DNA from: Isurus oxyrinchus | Lineage: Eukaryota | DNA: 64,000 nucleotides | Assembly: GCA_026770705.1 (NCBI GenBank) | Contig: JANJGN010000004.1 | Span: forward strand, 87,916,001-87,980,000 | Reading direction: 5' to 3' | Part shown: piece after piece, positions 20,905 to 35,689 of the stretch | Layout of the letters: each line of letters starts with the position of its first letter | Numbering within the stretch: position 1 is the first letter of the stretch | Translations under genes and position numbers: made by a program | Notes under the pieces: model-generated | The model's input: only the letters and a program-made list of their open reading frames with translations | The model's database searches: none | Told to the model about the DNA's origin: nothing

Positions 20905-23902
20905 TTATCAATGTGGTTGACTCTTACATGCCCTCTGAAATGGTTTAGGAAGCCACTCAGTTGTACCAAACTGCTACAAGGTCACAAAAAAGGAACAAAA
21001 CCGGACGGACCATCCAGCATCGACCTAGGAACCAGAAACAACAATGTTAATCGCAGCCCTGTCGACCCTGCAACATCTTATTAACATCTGGGGGCTAGTG
21101 CCAAAATTGAAAGAGCTGTCTCACAGACTAGTCAAGCAACAGTCTGACATAGTCATCCTCACAGAATCATACCTTACAGATAATGTCCCAGACACCACTA
21201 TCATCATCCCTGGGTATGTCCTGTCCCACCGGCAGGACAGACCCAGCAGAGGTGGCGGCACAGTGGTATACAGTCAGGAGGGAGTTGCCCTGAGAGTCCT
21301 CAACATTGACTCTAGTCCCCATGAAGTCTCTTGGCATCAGGTCAAACATGGACAAGGAAAGCTTCTGCTGATTACCATGTACCGCCTCCCCTCAGCTGAT
21401 GACTTGGTGCTCCTCCATGTTGAACATCACTTGGAGGAGGCACTGAGGGTGTCAAGGGCACAGAATGTACTCTGGGTGGGGGACTTCAATGTCCATTACC
21501 AAGAGTGGCTAGGTAGCACCACCACAGACCGAGCTGGCCGAATCCTAAAGGATAAAGCTGCTAGACTGGGTCTGCGGCAAGTGGTGAGGGAACCAACAAG
21601 AGGGAAAAACATACTTGACCTCATCCTCACCAACTTGCCTGCCGCAGATGCATCTGTCCATGACAGTATCGGTAGGAGTGACCATCGCATAGTCGTTGTG
21701 GAGACAAAATCCCATCTTCAAATTGAGAATACCATCCATCGTGTTGTGTAGCACTACCACCATGCTAAATTAAACAGATTTCAAATAGATTTAGCAACTC
21801 AAGACTGGGCCTCCATGAGGCGCTGTGGGCCATCAGCAGCAGCAGAATTGTACTCGAACACAATATGTAACCTCATGGCCCAGCATATCCTCCACTGTAA
21901 CATTATCATCAAGCCAGGAAATCAACCTTGATTCAATGAAGAGTATAGGAAGGCATGCCAGGAGCAGCACCAGGCATACCTAAAAATGAAGTGTCAACCT
22001 GGTGAAGCTATAACACAGGACTACTTGTGTGCCAAAAAACATAAGGAACAAGTGATAGACAGAGCTAAGCGATCCCACAACCAATGGATCAGGTCTAAAC
22101 TCTGCAGTCTTGCCACATCCATTTGTGAATGGTGGTGGTCAATTAAACAACTCACTGAAGGAGGAGGCTCCACAAATATCCCCATCCTCAATGATGGAGG
22201 AGCCCAGCACATCAGTGTAAAAATAAGGCTGAAGGACTTACAACAATCTTCAGCCAGAAGTGCCGAGTGGATGATCTATCTTGGCCTCCTCCGGAGTTCC
22301 CCAGTATCACAGGCCTAGTCTTCAGCCAATTCGATTCATTCCATGTGATATCAAGAAACGGCTGATGGCACTTGATACTGCAAAGGCTACAGGCGCTGAC
22401 AATTCTCCGGCAATAGCACTGATAACTTGTGCTCCAGAGCTTGCTGCGCACCTAGCCAAGCTGTTCCAGTACAACTACAATACTGGCATCTACCTGGCTA
22501 TGTGGAAAATTGCCCAGGTATGTCCTGTGCAGAAAAAGCAGGACAAATCCAACCTGGCCAATTACCACCCCATTAGTCTATTCAAGATCATCAGTAAAGT
22601 AATGGAAGGGGGTCATTAACAGTGCTATAAAGTGGTACGTGCTTAGCAATAACCTGCTCACTGGCACCTAGTTTGGGTTCCGCCAGGGTCACTCAGCTCC
22701 TGACCTCATTACAGCCTTAGTTCAAACATGGACAAAAGAGCTGAGCTCCCGAGGTGATGTGAGGGTGATTGCCTTTGACACCAAGGCAGCATTTGACCGA
22801 GTGTGGCATCAAGGAGCCCTAGCAAAACTGGAGTCAATGGAAACCAGGAGGAAAACTCTCCACTGGTTGGAGTCATATCTAACACAAAAGAAGATGGCTG
22901 TGGTTGTTGAAGGTCAGTCATCTCAGCCCCAGAAAATCACTGCAGGAGTTCCTCAGGGTAGTGTCCTTGGCCCAACCATCTTCAGCTGCTTCATCAATGA
23001 CCTTCCTTCCATCGTCAGCGGGGATGTTTACTGAAGATTGCATAATTTTTGGCACCATTTGCGACTCCTCAGATACTGAAGCAGTTCATGTCCAAACGCA
23101 GCAGGGCCTGGACAATATCCAGGCTTGGGCTGACAAGTGGCAAATAACATTTGCACCACACAAGTGTCAGGCAATGACCATCTCCAACAAGAGAGAACCT
23201 AACCATCATTCCTTGATGTTCAATGGCATTACCATGACTGAATCCCCCACTTTCAACATCCTGGGTGTTACCATTGACCAGAAATTGAACTGGACTGGCC
23301 ATATAAATACTGTGGCTATATGAGCAGGTCAGATGCTAGGAATCGTGCGATAAGTAACTCACCTCCTGATTCCTGAAAGCCTGTCCACCATCTACAAGGC
23401 ACAAGTCAGGAGTATGGTGGAATACTCTCCATTTGCCTGGATGAGTGCAGCTCCCACAATACTCAAGAAGCTTGACACCATCCAGGACAAAGCAGCCCAC
23501 TTGATTGGCACCACATCCACAAATATTGACTCCCTCCACCATTGACGCACAGTAGCAGCAGTGTGTACCGTCTACCAGATGCACTGCAGGAACTCACCAA
23601 GGCTTCTTTGAAGCATCTTCCAAACCCACAACCACTTCCATCTAGAGGGACAAGGGCATCAGATAGTTGGCAACACCACCTCCAAGTCACTCACCACCCT
23701 GACTTGGAAGTATATTGCCATTCCTTCACTGTTGCTGGGTCAAAATCCTGGAACTCCCTTCCTAACATCACTGTGGGAGTACCTACACCACATGGACTGC
23801 AGCAGTTCAAGAAGGCTGCTCACAATCACCTTCTCAAGGGCAACTAGGGATGGGCAATAAATGCCAGTGAAGCTTACATCCTGTGAATGAATAAAAAGAA
23901 AA
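20905..23902 (+). mobile_element. Near-full-length decayed CR1-group LINE (single endonuclease-RT ORF)
   Basis: Endonuclease: IVILTESYL, WVGDFNVH, NILDLILTN, SDHRIV. RT: KATGADN, KAAFDRVWH, GVPQGSVLGP. 3' tail GGGCAATAAATG...GAATGAATAAAAAG. Many stops and frameshifts. Confidence 0.88.
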
Positions 23903-23984
23903 GACATTTACATAGCTGACAACTTTTTTTATGTGCTGATGCCAGAAAAGCCATAGAAAAGAACTTTATATGCAGTATTCACAG

Positions 23985-24240
23985 ATTCACAGAATTTTAA
24001 TGGCACAGAAGGAGGCCATTCACCCATCATCGTGTCTTCACTGGCTCTCCAAATGAGCATTATGACCTAGTGCCATTGCCCTGCCTTTTCCCAGTACCCC
24101 TGCACATTGTTTCTATTCAAATAATGATCTAATGCCCTCTTGAATTCCTTGATTGAACCTGCCACCACCATGCACCGCAGCGCATTCCAGTTCTGAACCA
24201 CTAGTGTGAAAAAGTATTTTCTCACGTCACATTTGTATTA
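23985..24240 (-). mobile_element. CR1 3'-end fragment
   Basis: CACAGAAGGAGGCCATT...CATTCCAG...ACCACT pattern shared with the tails at 51340-51530, 55975-56300 and 62030-62465. Confidence 0.6.
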
Positions 24241-25599
24241 TTCGAGAGCAAAATATCAGCTCTATTTAGGAGCAGGGCAGAGGAAAGTCGTCCCTAATAT
24301 TTCTCAGCTACGGGCAGTTGGATGACCAATGGAATAATTACTCAGGGTGATAAACAATGTTCATGACAGCATTCAATATGTCATTGCTCCTCAAACTGGC
24401 TGTGATTTGGTTAGTCCTGGAATCAAACCAATTGGAAATGTGCAATTCAGCTTTTTATTTTTTGGGATAAATTAGCTTTCTGGTTAAATAGAAGAAATTC
24501 CTATTCTTTTAAGTAACAGGATAGGTTTTCCTACTGTTTGGTGTTGAGCTAAACCAAGCAGGATTCCTGATTTGTGCTGAGTTAGCTGTCCTCAGATAGA
24601 ATACCCTTAGGCTAAGAATGGGAGAAATTAGCTGGGATTCTCACTGCTGATTGTTATTTAGTGATTTTCACCAGGAAGTGCATATGTGGAAATTGGGAGA
24701 GGGCAGCATTGGATACAGCAGTGATTCCTTCCTATGATCTATTAGCCTGCCGACACTCAGGGCAAATTGAATGAGGTTACACTCTTGAAAGGTGTTGAGC
24801 CAGAGGACCAGGGTTATGCCTCCAACTACTGCTCCAAGTAGAGAGACCCAGCATCATATTTACAGCCTCTCTCAATTTGCCATTTACTGCCAAGAGAAGA
24901 ATGACCATATAAATCAGATGCCAAAAGGTAGCTGACATCGATATTAACACAGCTCAATACCAGTCAATGTCTTCAGGAGGGGAGAAGAGGGAATGTTTTG
25001 AGGTGGAGGGGGGAGCAGTGAGGTTCGAAGGAATGCGAGGTCCCTTTTAAATTTAATATTACCTTATGTTGTGTGTGTGCACACATTTATGTGTGTGCGT
25101 GTCTATACTTGTGTGCATATGTGAGATACATGCAGGAAAGTACAAAATAAATAAAAACATAGATTGTTTCAAAGCATTCTCAGTCATATCTGTAACCCAC
25201 AGATTTCATTAAAAAATCTCAGCAGAACGTCTGAAAATCCATTTGAATGCTCATTTGTGATCTCTTGGTAACAAGCTGATGTTTACAATGACTCAGTTCC
25301 TGGGTCAAAACTGAGCAACATGTTTTGGGAACCCAAACTGCAACTGGTCAAGTTTGAGTGCTGCAGGATGGTTAGCGTCGAACATGTTCTCCAACCTAAG
25401 GTTCAGATTTTTATCTTTACTTATGTCGAACTTCACATTTCAATAATTTGTATCAATGGTAATCTTGACCAGGAGTTCCATAGCCCCTTTCTCACCACCC
25501 CCATTCTCTCAATCTTGTTCCAACTAATCTGCCGATCACCCAGCTTCCCCTCCTGGTCTCCCGGTTAGCCAATATTGTAAATGGTTTTCGCTCTGAACA

Positions 25600-27180
25600 G
25601 GTGTTGTTCATCTCTCCTTTTTGCTGTCATCACCTCTCCCCTCAAAAGAACAACCTTTGGCTCCACCATCCTTGCTCCGCCATCCAATCTCCAACCTCTC
25701 TTTCCTCTTCAAGTCTCTCCAAAATCTGTCCAAAAGCTTTGAACTTGTTGTTGCCTCCCAAATCGCTCCCATCTTTCCCAGAACTCTATGTTTGAATCCC
25801 TCCAACCAGGATTCTGCCCCTGTCATAGTACTGAAATAGCTCTTATTAAAGTCGTAAATGACTGCGAGAGTGGCAAATATTCCCTCTTTGTCCATCCCTG
25901 CCTGTCTGCAGCCTTTGACAAGGTTGACCACACCATCCTCCTTCAATGGCTCACCACTATTGTTCTAGTTGGATGGGACTGTTCTCATCAGTTTCCATTC
26001 TTATCTATTTAGTCAAAGCCAGGGAAACATTTGCAATGGCTTCTCTTCCTGTTCTTGCATCACTACTTGCAGTGTCCCACAAGGATCAATCCTTGGCCCT
26101 TTCCCATTTCACACCTATATGCTGCCCTTTGACAATATCAACCAAAGGCACAGTGACAGTTATCTCATATACACTGAACACACCCGGCTCTACCTCACCA
26201 CCACCTAACTCGACTCCTCCATGTTGCTAAGTTATCAGTCTGCTTATCCAACATGCAGTATTGGATGAGCAGAAATTTCCTCCAATTAAATATTGGGAAG
26301 ACTGAAGCCATTGTTTTTGGTCTCTGTTCACAGCTACTACTTCCTTCCCTCTCCCTGGCAACAGTCTGATATTAAGCCAGTCTGTTCATAATCTAAAGTG
26401 TCACATTTGACCCCAAGATGATCTTCTGACCTCATATTCATGCCATCGCTATTTCCACCTCCGTAACACCACCCAATTTCTCCCTGTCGTGGCTATCTAT
26501 GCTGAAACCCTCATTCATGCTTTCATTACCTCTAGACTTGAGTATTCCAATGCAGGCTTGGCTGGTCACCCACATTCTACCCTCCGTAAACTTGAAGTCA
26601 TCCAGAATGCTGCTGCCGATACCTTAATTCACACCAAGCCCCATTTCCTATCACCCCTGTGCTCAATGACCAACACGGGCTCCCAGTCAAGCAACATCTT
26701 TTTTTTAAACTTCTTATCCTTGTTTTCAAATCATTCTATGGCTTTGTTCCTCCCTATCTTTGTAATATCCTCCAGAACCACAGCCCTCCGAGGTATATGC
26801 ATTCCTCAAATACTGGCCTCTTCTGCATGCCCAATCTTAATTGCTCCACTATTGGTGGCCATGCTCTCAAGTTGGCTAGACTCGAAGCTCTGGAATACCC
26901 TCCAGACACCTCTCCATTATTCTACCTCTCTTTACTCATAAGACCATAAGACCATAAGACATAGGAGCAGAAATTAGGCCATTTGGCCCATTGAGTCTCT
27001 CCGCCATTTATACTCCTTTAATACACTCCTTAAAACCTATCTCATTGACCATAAAGCTTTTGGTCTTTTAACCTAATATCTCCTTATGTGGCACAGTGTC
27101 ACAGTTTGTTTTATAATGTTCCTGTGAAGCACTTTGAGATGTTTCATTACATTAAAGGTGCTTTATAAACGTAAGTATCT
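25600..27180 (+). mobile_element. L2-clade LINE 3' portion, interrupted at ~26938-27010 by a CR1 tail with (CATAAGAC)n
   Basis: PISNLSFLFK, FESLQPGF..HSTEIALIKVVND, AAFDKVDH, VPQGSILGP and ETLIHAFITSRLEYSNA; L2-type end GTGAAGCACTTTGAGATG...TTAAAGGTGC. Confidence 0.85.
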
Positions 27181-28989
27181 GCTGATGTAATACAAAGCAA
27201 TAGCAATACTATAATGTTCTTGGTGAGCCAACTGCACCAAACCTTGTATTTATATAAGCACACTGACACAAGAATGCGGATGACACCAGTCTTAAAATAG
27301 GTGCAATCAATGCTACCTTCAATCACCTTATTTATTTTGCTCCTTCTATCTTGGAGAGATATCAGTGAATATATTAAGCAGCAGGTCTCACTGTCACAAA
27401 GCAGCTTGTTTGACTACAAAGAAATGTGACATTTGATCTGCCAACAGTGACAGGTGTCAAACCCTGCTGGAGGCAAGCTTGTTTACCTAATGGATCCCCT
27501 GGTGTTTGAACCATGGAACAATAAGGTCTGAGCAGAGGTTATAAAGCAGCCAGGTTGGACTTCCTTTAGATCGTATTCAATGGAGGTGAAGTGTTCAAAC
27601 TGTTTGAACTGTTTGCCACATCATAGTAAGGACACAGTTAACTGCTCGTCAATGAAGGTTAAAGGTAACAAACCAGTTAGTCAGCGTGCACAGTAGAATG
27701 CACTGCTTTCATGGTCATAACTGTGGAACTCCTTACCTCCCTCACTTTTCCCCCACCCAATGTAATTTAATGCCTTTCAAAATGCAAGCTTGAGTTCATC
27801 CAACAAGTGTGTCTTGATTTACTAGGCTTGTCTCTTACTCCTGTCATTATATGTCTTCATTTTGATTTCCTGATTAAAAAAGAATCATGTTTTGATATAA
27901 CCAAGTTATTTACTTCTGAAGTCACTGTTGATGTTTCTGGCTACAAGAAGCAATAATTGTGCATCTCTGTTGCCATGAATACTACACACAGTTGCATCTT
28001 TCAAGTGTGAGGACAACAGACATTATTGCCTGGGCTTTATACACTGCTGATCACCCCTTATGGTGGTGTAATTTTGGTAGTCTATAGTGTAAACTGGAGA
28101 ACTGGTTGGTTCTGGCAGAACTCTGCTTACATTGTGCCCATTGCTGTGCTTCAGGGGTGGGGGGGCCAGAACCAGTGACAGTGGAAGCACCCACCTTAAA
28201 CAAGTGAGTGTTTCATTTAAATATTAGTTTTGGGGTGTGGCTGTCTGGCGCTCCATTTCCTGGCTGCATTCATGCGAGACGTCAGATTTAAACTATTCAA
28301 GTGTAGAATAAGCATATAAGTACACTGAAGGTCATGAAGATGATACCAGTAATATTAAGGTAAGTGTATTTAGTTATTTTGCATCTACCTTTCTTCAGTT
28401 ACTTCTTTCTTCTTTCCTGTTGCAACATAATTACAAACATCAATAGGATTTCCTTGCGAAGGAGTTTAGAAGAGGATTGAAGAAGAAATGCCAGGTAGTT
28501 CAGAATGCATACTGCCATATCAGAATATCAGCATCTACAGACAGAGCTGAATGCATCTAACTTTGGCAAGTAATTAATGCTTATTAAACAGTGTGAAACA
28601 GCTAGACATTTTCAGTCTCTCTATTTTAGTTTTCAGCATCATTTATCTATTTATCTCCATGCTGATGCCTGATACTTTTAACCTGCCCTTTAAAAAGTGA
28701 AGAAAAGTTTATTCAGGAGCACATTTTATCACCTAGTTTTATTCAGGATTGGCTTAAGATCCTGCAAATTCTATGACTGCAGGGCGGCCCAGGCATTGAG
28801 CTGGAATTGATTTCCACACTGAATTCCCTTTATTAGTGTCTGTGTTACTTGATTAGTTAATGAATCTGAGGATAGGTCACAATCTATTTTAGTATATTTA
28901 GTATATTGATTATTATATCCAACATAATGTGTGGCATTACAGCTGTGCTAAATTTAGAACAGATCTAGTAATTAATGGGCATCCATAAG

Positions 28990-29620
28990 TACCCATGAGT
29001 CATCAGCAGCAGCAGAATTGCATTCAACTATAATCTGTAACCTCCTGGACCAACAAATCCCTTATTCTACCTTTATCTTCAAGCTGGGGGATCAACCTTG
29101 GTTCAATGAATAGTGCAGGTGGGCATGCCATGGGCAGCACCAAGCTTACCTAAAAATGATGTCAACCTGGTGAAGCTACAATATAGGACTACGTACATGC
29201 CAAACAGCAGAAGCAGCATGTGTTAGACAGAGCTAAGCAATCACACAACAAATAGATGGGATCTAAGCTCTGCAGTTCTGCCACATCCAGTCAGGAATGA
29301 TGGTGGGTAATTAAACAACTAACAGGAGGAGGAAGCTCCACAAATATCCTCAACCTCAAGGATGGGGCAGTCCTGCTCATTAGTGCAAAATACAAGTCTG
29401 AAGCATTTGCAACCATCTTAGCTGGAAGTGCAGATCTTGGCCTTTGCCTGAGGTCCCCAGCATCACTGACGCCAGTCTTTGGCCAATTTGATTCACTCCA
29501 TGTGATATCAAGAAACCGCTGAAGGCACTGGATACTGTAAAGGGTATGGGCACTTACAGTATTCTGGCAGCAGCCTCTCAATCATCAGCAAAGTGATAGA
29601 GGGTCATCCTCGTTACTATC
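28990..29620 (+). mobile_element. Internal fragment of the same CR1-group family as 20905-23902
   Basis: Collinear similarity to 21830-22400 (CATCAGCAGCAGCAGAATTG..., GTCAACCTGGTGAAGCTA...). Confidence 0.8.
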
Positions 29621-29711
29621 AAGAGGCCCTTTTGTATCAATAATAAAAATAGGAAGCACTGGAAAATCTCAGCATGTCTGGCAGCATCTGTGGAGAGAGA
29701 AACAGAGTTAA

Positions 29712-30290
29712 GAGGCAGAATTTTCCACTCGTTGGGTGGGTGTGTGCCCGACCCAAACGAGCGTAAAATGACTTGCGATGACGCGGGCAAACATCCCGAC
29801 AACATCACACACTTGCGCGATGTTTTGGTCGGCTGGTGCGTGCAGGAGACAGCAGTGTGCCCGCCAACAATTAACAGGCCTATTAAGACCATTAAATATC
29901 GAATTAAATGAAATTTTTTGCTGCCTGTCCAACCTTACGGTTGGCGGACAGGTGAAAAGGCCAAGTGGCCCTTAGAATTTTTTAGAAACCCCATTCATGA
30001 GCAGGATGAGTTTTCGATCAGTCACCAAAAATAATTAAAAAATTTTCAAACTAATTTCTAAGATGTCCCTGCTCATGTGACAGAGTCACATGAGGGGGCA
30101 TGTTATTAACATTTAAAAAATCTTTCTTTTTTATTTTCAAAAATCTTCATCTTCCTAAGGCAGCTCTGTGCCTTAGGGAACTTTCCTGTAAGCACCCACG
30201 CACATGTGCAAACTTCCACACTCGCCCTCCTCCCAGCCACCCCCCAACTACACAGGCAGCACTGAGCGCTGCAGCGCCTGTTTTCATGAT
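29712..30290 (+). mobile_element. Harbinger-type terminal or non-autonomous fragment
   Basis: Starts GGCAGAATTTT, like the reverse complement of the terminus at 20664-20675; CpG-rich subterminal sequence. Confidence 0.5.
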
Positions 30291-30983
30291 ATACGTGAAA
30301 AACTTCAGGGAAGGACCAAAGTGGTTACGGAATGAAATAAGTGCAGTGATTGGACCTCTATCTTACAACGTGGAGGTGGAAGGCCAGATCATCCGTGAAC
30401 CATTTAAGGAAGAGAGAGATAAATCACCAAGGTTTGGTTCCACCAAAATGGGTCTGCATTTCCTGATGAGGATACTCAACCCAGAACTGACATGTCTGAT
30501 CTTCCTGTAAAAGTTGAGGATACAGAACTTCAAATGCCCACTAGAGCATCTGATGTTCAGGCAACTCCAGAAAAGGAGGTTCCTTACAAGGAATCTGAAG
30601 TTGTGGAGCTGCAACGTTCCACGTGTACCAGGAAATCACCTGAAAATCTGAACTTGTAAATTCCTTACCCAGTGTAAATATTATGTTATCTTGAAAAATT
30701 TGTAGGTGTAAATATATGTATAGTCAAGTTAAAGGGGCAGGAGTGTAGTATTTATGGTTTTATTTAGTGTTTAGTGTACCTTTAAGAATAATACTTGTTA
30801 GGGAAGATCACATGATCTGTACTAGCCAAAGGAGAGTATCGCAGGCTACCTCCACAGTTCAGTGTACAGATAGAGTTGGAGTTGAAAGCACACGTGTAGT
30901 TGCTGCTGAGTATATTGTAAATAAACTTAATGTTTCCACCCAAGAAGTGTCTGCAGATCAACTCTGTCACTAATAGTACAACA
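30290..30983 (+). mobile_element. Gypsy LTR retrotransposon 3' end: integrase C-terminus, polypurine tract (30731-30743) and 3' LTR (30744-30983)
   Basis: NFREGPKWL..IGPLSYNVEV and RSTCTRKSPENLNL. AAAGGGGCAGGAG is followed by TGTAGT...AATAAA...ACAACA. Confidence 0.75.
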
Positions 30984-32699
30984 CGGCCACCCTTGCAACA
31001 ACTTCTCAAATCGGCAGAGTGGGATTTGACTTTAGAAGCTCTGAGTTAGTAGTTCAAGAACTTGACCATTTTACTGTTGTGCCTACAAGTACGTGCATGG
31101 CTGGAGAAGTCCACTGAGGAAGGCTGGAACAAGCCTTACAGTAGCTTTTTACATGAAAATGAATTATTTTCACTATTTTGCCCATCCACTTCATTATCCT
31201 TACTTATATCTTCTTGCTTGCAAATTTTTGATTTTTACAGGAATATGTATATCCTGAAATTAGATAACAGCCTACGCATTTAGTGTTTGAAGGGCTGCTG
31301 TATTCAGAAATGGAAGCTTGGATTTTTAAAGGGTTGTGGGGTTGAATGCAGCGGGCTTTGAAAATTGAGGTACTGAAGGTTGTGTCAGCATCCTGATGTC
31401 TCTGGGATGGTTCCAAATTTTCAATGGGCCAGCAGTGGGGAGGGAGCGGTGAACGCACTAGCCTCCAATTAACAGTCCTTTAAGATCCAGAATGGAATGA
31501 GATTTACAAAACTTTTCCTGGCAAGCTTACAGTCTTGGGCATGTGTTGTCAGTGCGCAGCTGTCAGGTTTGCCGTTGGGTCCAAATAAGTTCCTTTGGAG
31601 ATGGTTTTGAGGCTAATCTGTGGGGCCAACTTGCACCAGCAAGAGTGCTGGCCCTTACCTTGTTGTGTAAGGCCACTATCTGCCCAGTTCAACCTCCTGA
31701 CTTTCCAAGGAGCTGCCTACTCAAATTGGCAAAGGAAACAGCAGCTGCCAATATGGCTGCCATTTGCCTTTGCCACTAGATAGGCAGCTCCCACATCCTG
31801 GAGGAGCTTGATGCATAACGCCATTTGAAGCCTGAATTTTCCCTCTTGTATCGGGTGTGCAGAATTGGGAGAATTCCCAGCTCCGCAAATGTGATGTCCA
31901 TAAAAGTGACCCCGAAGTTCCAATTTTCAGCTCGGGGGTTGGAGTTGGGGCAGGTGATCCCGGAAGCAGTTGGGGTCGGAAACGGGCTTGGTGTGGGTTG
32001 GGCAACTCAGGCACAGATAAAAAGCGGGCCTTCAGGAGGGCCCATTTGAGAGGTAGGGAGTCCGTAGTGCCATTGGAGGAGGCATCACAAAATTGTCAGG
32101 TGAGTGGGAACTCTGTAAATGTTGTCCAACTGTGATCTGATCCTGGAATAGTTGGCCCATCATGAGCTTTCCAATGGGTCTACTCATAGTTTACCACACT
32201 GATGCACTTAATGCGTGGAATGACTTCACAAGATATAGCTATAGAGACGGCATCATCTTGGCACCACTACCTGGTAAAGATATTCTGCAGTAATGTAGTT
32301 AGCTGATACGCTTCAGTGGATTTACAATAAACAGCACCAGGGTCATTAGCCCATGTGACTTCCCTCTTGCAACCCATCAATCACGATTTGCCCATACAGT
32401 TGATCATCCTTGACCAGGTCCTTCACGTCTGCACACTGTTTAGGCATAACAGTGTGAATAAGGCGGAGTAAGCCAGTAGGGCTGTTAGTGGTCGTGGAGC
32501 ACAGTGTGCTGCCTTGTAGCGACAGCTGCAACATCCATGGCATCATGCACGAGTGCAGAGCCATTTCCTCGACCACACTTCAACAGTACTCATTAATGAA
32601 ATGGTGAAAATGGGTAGTGGATGTAAGCAGACAGGTATGAATGAGAGCATTGTAAGGTGCATGGCTCACGTCCCTTTTCATCTTATATTTGTGTTGATA

Positions 32700-34580
32700 G
32701 AATGTCACACAGAGGAGACGCAGGTGAAAGGATGGGTCCAGCTGCCCCGAGACTCACCAGTCAGGACCTGCAAGTATAAGCGAGTGAGGAGCAGAAGAGG
32801 AGACAAGTGCTGAATCCTGCTATCTGGCGCAATCATCCAGGCACCGCAAAGAAGGTCTGGCTTGAAATTTCTGTTGTGGTAAGCGCAGCAGGAGAGCACC
32901 AGAGATCCTGGATCCAGTGCCACAAAAAATTCAATGACCTGCTGCATTCTGGCAAGGTGAGTAGCTTGGCTCACCCACACGAGGGTCACATCTGCATGCT
33001 GTAGCTAAGTTGCAAGACCTGGCACATGCCTCTGCTATAGCATTGAGGTCTGTAGGTGTAAGCTGCTCTTGTAGGTATGCACAGAACAAATTTGAATGAG
33101 CACTGTGATACACAGACACATTAAAGAGAATTATCCCTGCATGCACTATATGCCAGGCTAACAAATTCATGTTCTCTTTGCAGTTGAAGAGGAAAAAGAA
33201 CACCAAGATGATGGTCTGGGCTGGGTCAGCCTGGCTGCAATCAATTAGAACTGTGGAACATATAGCCATGGAAATAGCCAGAGTGCCAGAGCAGCTGGCA
33301 TTCGGTGATGGTGAATCACCAGTATCAGGTGATAAAGGCAGTCGTAAATGCATCTTGGAAACTTGTGGTGATGATGGAGGTCATGATGCCTGTTCACTGA
33401 GACAAGGGGATGTTGGCATGAGAGAGAGTGTAACGATGGGATTGTGTCATAAGGGCAACACAAGCATGGCTGAGGGCGATGGAATGCGTTTGGAGCATGC
33501 TTTCACAATGAGAAGGGCTATACCTAAATAACTCCTTTTGTGTCTGACACAGGTCCCAGCTCTGCTCCTTCAGCCCCCTGGGCCAGATCATCTCTTGGGC
33601 ATTAAGAAGGAAGAGATGTCCAAGGAGAAAGCTTCACGTCATACTCACCCACACTCGGCCTTCTCAGGTACCAGCATATCGGAGGGATGCAGCGCACATG
33701 CAGTCAGTGGCACTGGGTGAAGGGCACTGTGCGAGGGTACAGGAGGAGGCATCAGAGTCAGAGATATCTGTACACAGCCCTCTCAGAGGAGGGAGGTAAG
33801 TCATGATGATGGTCCAGTGGGCAGGAATGTGGAGCCTCAGGAGTCAACTTTTGACCATTTGGGGAACAGTATTTAGGTAATCAGCATCAGGCGTTTGGAC
33901 ATTTGGCAGAGCTCCCTGAGGCAGTGGGAGCTCTTGGACTGTGAACAAAGGAGTCCATCACCATCATGAACTCCACATTGTCCCGGGGGCTCAACCACAT
34001 GAACTCTGACCATGAGAGATTGGCCTGTCTCATGGAGAGACACATGCAGTAACACTCAGAGGGGATGCGAGAGCAGCATCATAGTCAGGAAAGGGCGCAA
34101 GCCTCCCTCATTAGCCTGGATCAGTCGCTCACTGTATGACCACTGACACCCATGGAATACATAAGGAGCTGCGTACCCATAACAGGACGATCGCACTGTT
34201 GGCCCAGCGGTTGCTGGAATGGGCAACTGCTGCGCACCAGCAACCAGCCTCATCAATTCCACCTGAAAGCCAACCCAGGACTGTGGAGGTGTCTGAGCAA
34301 AGTGAAAGTACCAAGAGCTCCTCAGCACCCTCATCTTCTTCCACCTCCACAGCCCCTCTGCTAGAGACTTCGCCTGTTCCACAGGTGCCAGTGACCACGG
34401 CAGCCCATGCAGAGGCTGAAGTCTGAAGGAGGTCTCCACCAGGTGCCTGTACAATGAGGCTGCCACCATGCTCCTCATTGCTGTCTAGACTGAGAAGTGA
34501 GCAGCCTGACTCTACTTCCTCTGAGGCAACGTGTAGGAGTGTCTATGAATGCAAGGTGGCATCTCACCTAGAGCACTAAT
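32700..34580 (+). pseudogene. Harbinger Myb/SANT-like (MSANTD-type) DNA-binding protein, spliced, decayed
   Basis: KKVWLEISVVVSA..RSWIQCHKKFNDL is followed by a GTGAGT donor (~32957); candidate acceptors at ~33183 and ~33552. Confidence 0.7.
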
Positions 34581-35689
34581 GGGTTCACCCTGGTTACACT
34601 TTTCAAGTTTTAAAGATCACAACTGAGCACTTTATGAATATATGTACATACACTCGTAGGTGTCTCAGTTTGTATTTGTACACTTCAAAGCTCAGTGAGA
34701 ATGTTAACACAATGAAGGACATTCTTACCAGTGAGACTGAAGGTGGCATGAAGTTCATCTCACATTGATGTCATCAGGAGCAAGGATGTAGCCAGATATG
34801 TGAAGCAGTGAAAGGCTTCTTTCTTCTCTGGGCTTTCACATAAGGTAGTAGTGAACAAAGGGTCAAAGTCTGAGGTGCATCATTGTCCATCCTTGGTTGC
34901 TTTTAAGGGAAGCTCAATGATCAGATTCCACAAACAGTTGGAGATCAGCAGGTGCATCTCAAGCATGAATGCTGGGTACAAGACAGTCATCTGCAATGTA
35001 AGTGTTATACCTAGGTGTAGGTAACACAGTTCTAGATACCATGTATGCTCCTGGAAATATTGCTTGTCTGCTGTTCCCGCTACTTTGGAAGCCTTTGCAA
35101 TTGAGGTGGCAAATGATGTGCTTTGTGAGGTTAGTCAAGATTTAAGGAAGCTTATTGCATATGACACCTGTTTCTGAAACTGGACCATGGGGCTGAATGG
35201 ATGCTGTGCAATTTCATTCAAAGAGCTGTTGTTGCACAGTTTTGGCTTCAACCTGCGCAGTATACCTTATCTGCAAGCATGTACAATCAAATCAGCATGT
35301 ATTATGTGTGATGTTTAAGTCCTAATGGCACTCTCGGCATTGCAGGCATGGTTTGAGTGCGCACAGTGTGGTGGCTTTGGCAATCACCCTGTGCCTCATT
35401 GACAATCACTGGTGATTACGTGAAGGTGCCATGTTGTGAAGGGCTTCTCATGATGTGTGTTTGCAGTTTGCTGAGCCCAATGGTTATGATGGTAAGAGCT
35501 GTAGCCATTTTTATTTGACTGAATCAAACTCATTTATATTGTTTTTCTCCCTTGTTTGGGATGGGCATTCCCCTGAGTAAGTGTGACTTCCATGTCAAAG
35601 GTTCTTTATTTGGAGGTTGCTCACCAAGGACTGGCTGATGGCAGGTGTAAGATCTGAGGAAATTATGTTAATCTGTTTTACACGCAGAC

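Noticed and set aside
24500-24780. Old SINE-like remnant
   Set aside because: Too degenerate to assign a family or boundaries by eye.
28300-28500. Possible small host exons (AAG|GTAAGT donor at ~28360; pyrimidine tract and CCAG|GTAG at ~28495)
   Set aside because: Splice-like motifs only, with no recognisable peptide; RNA-seq would be needed.
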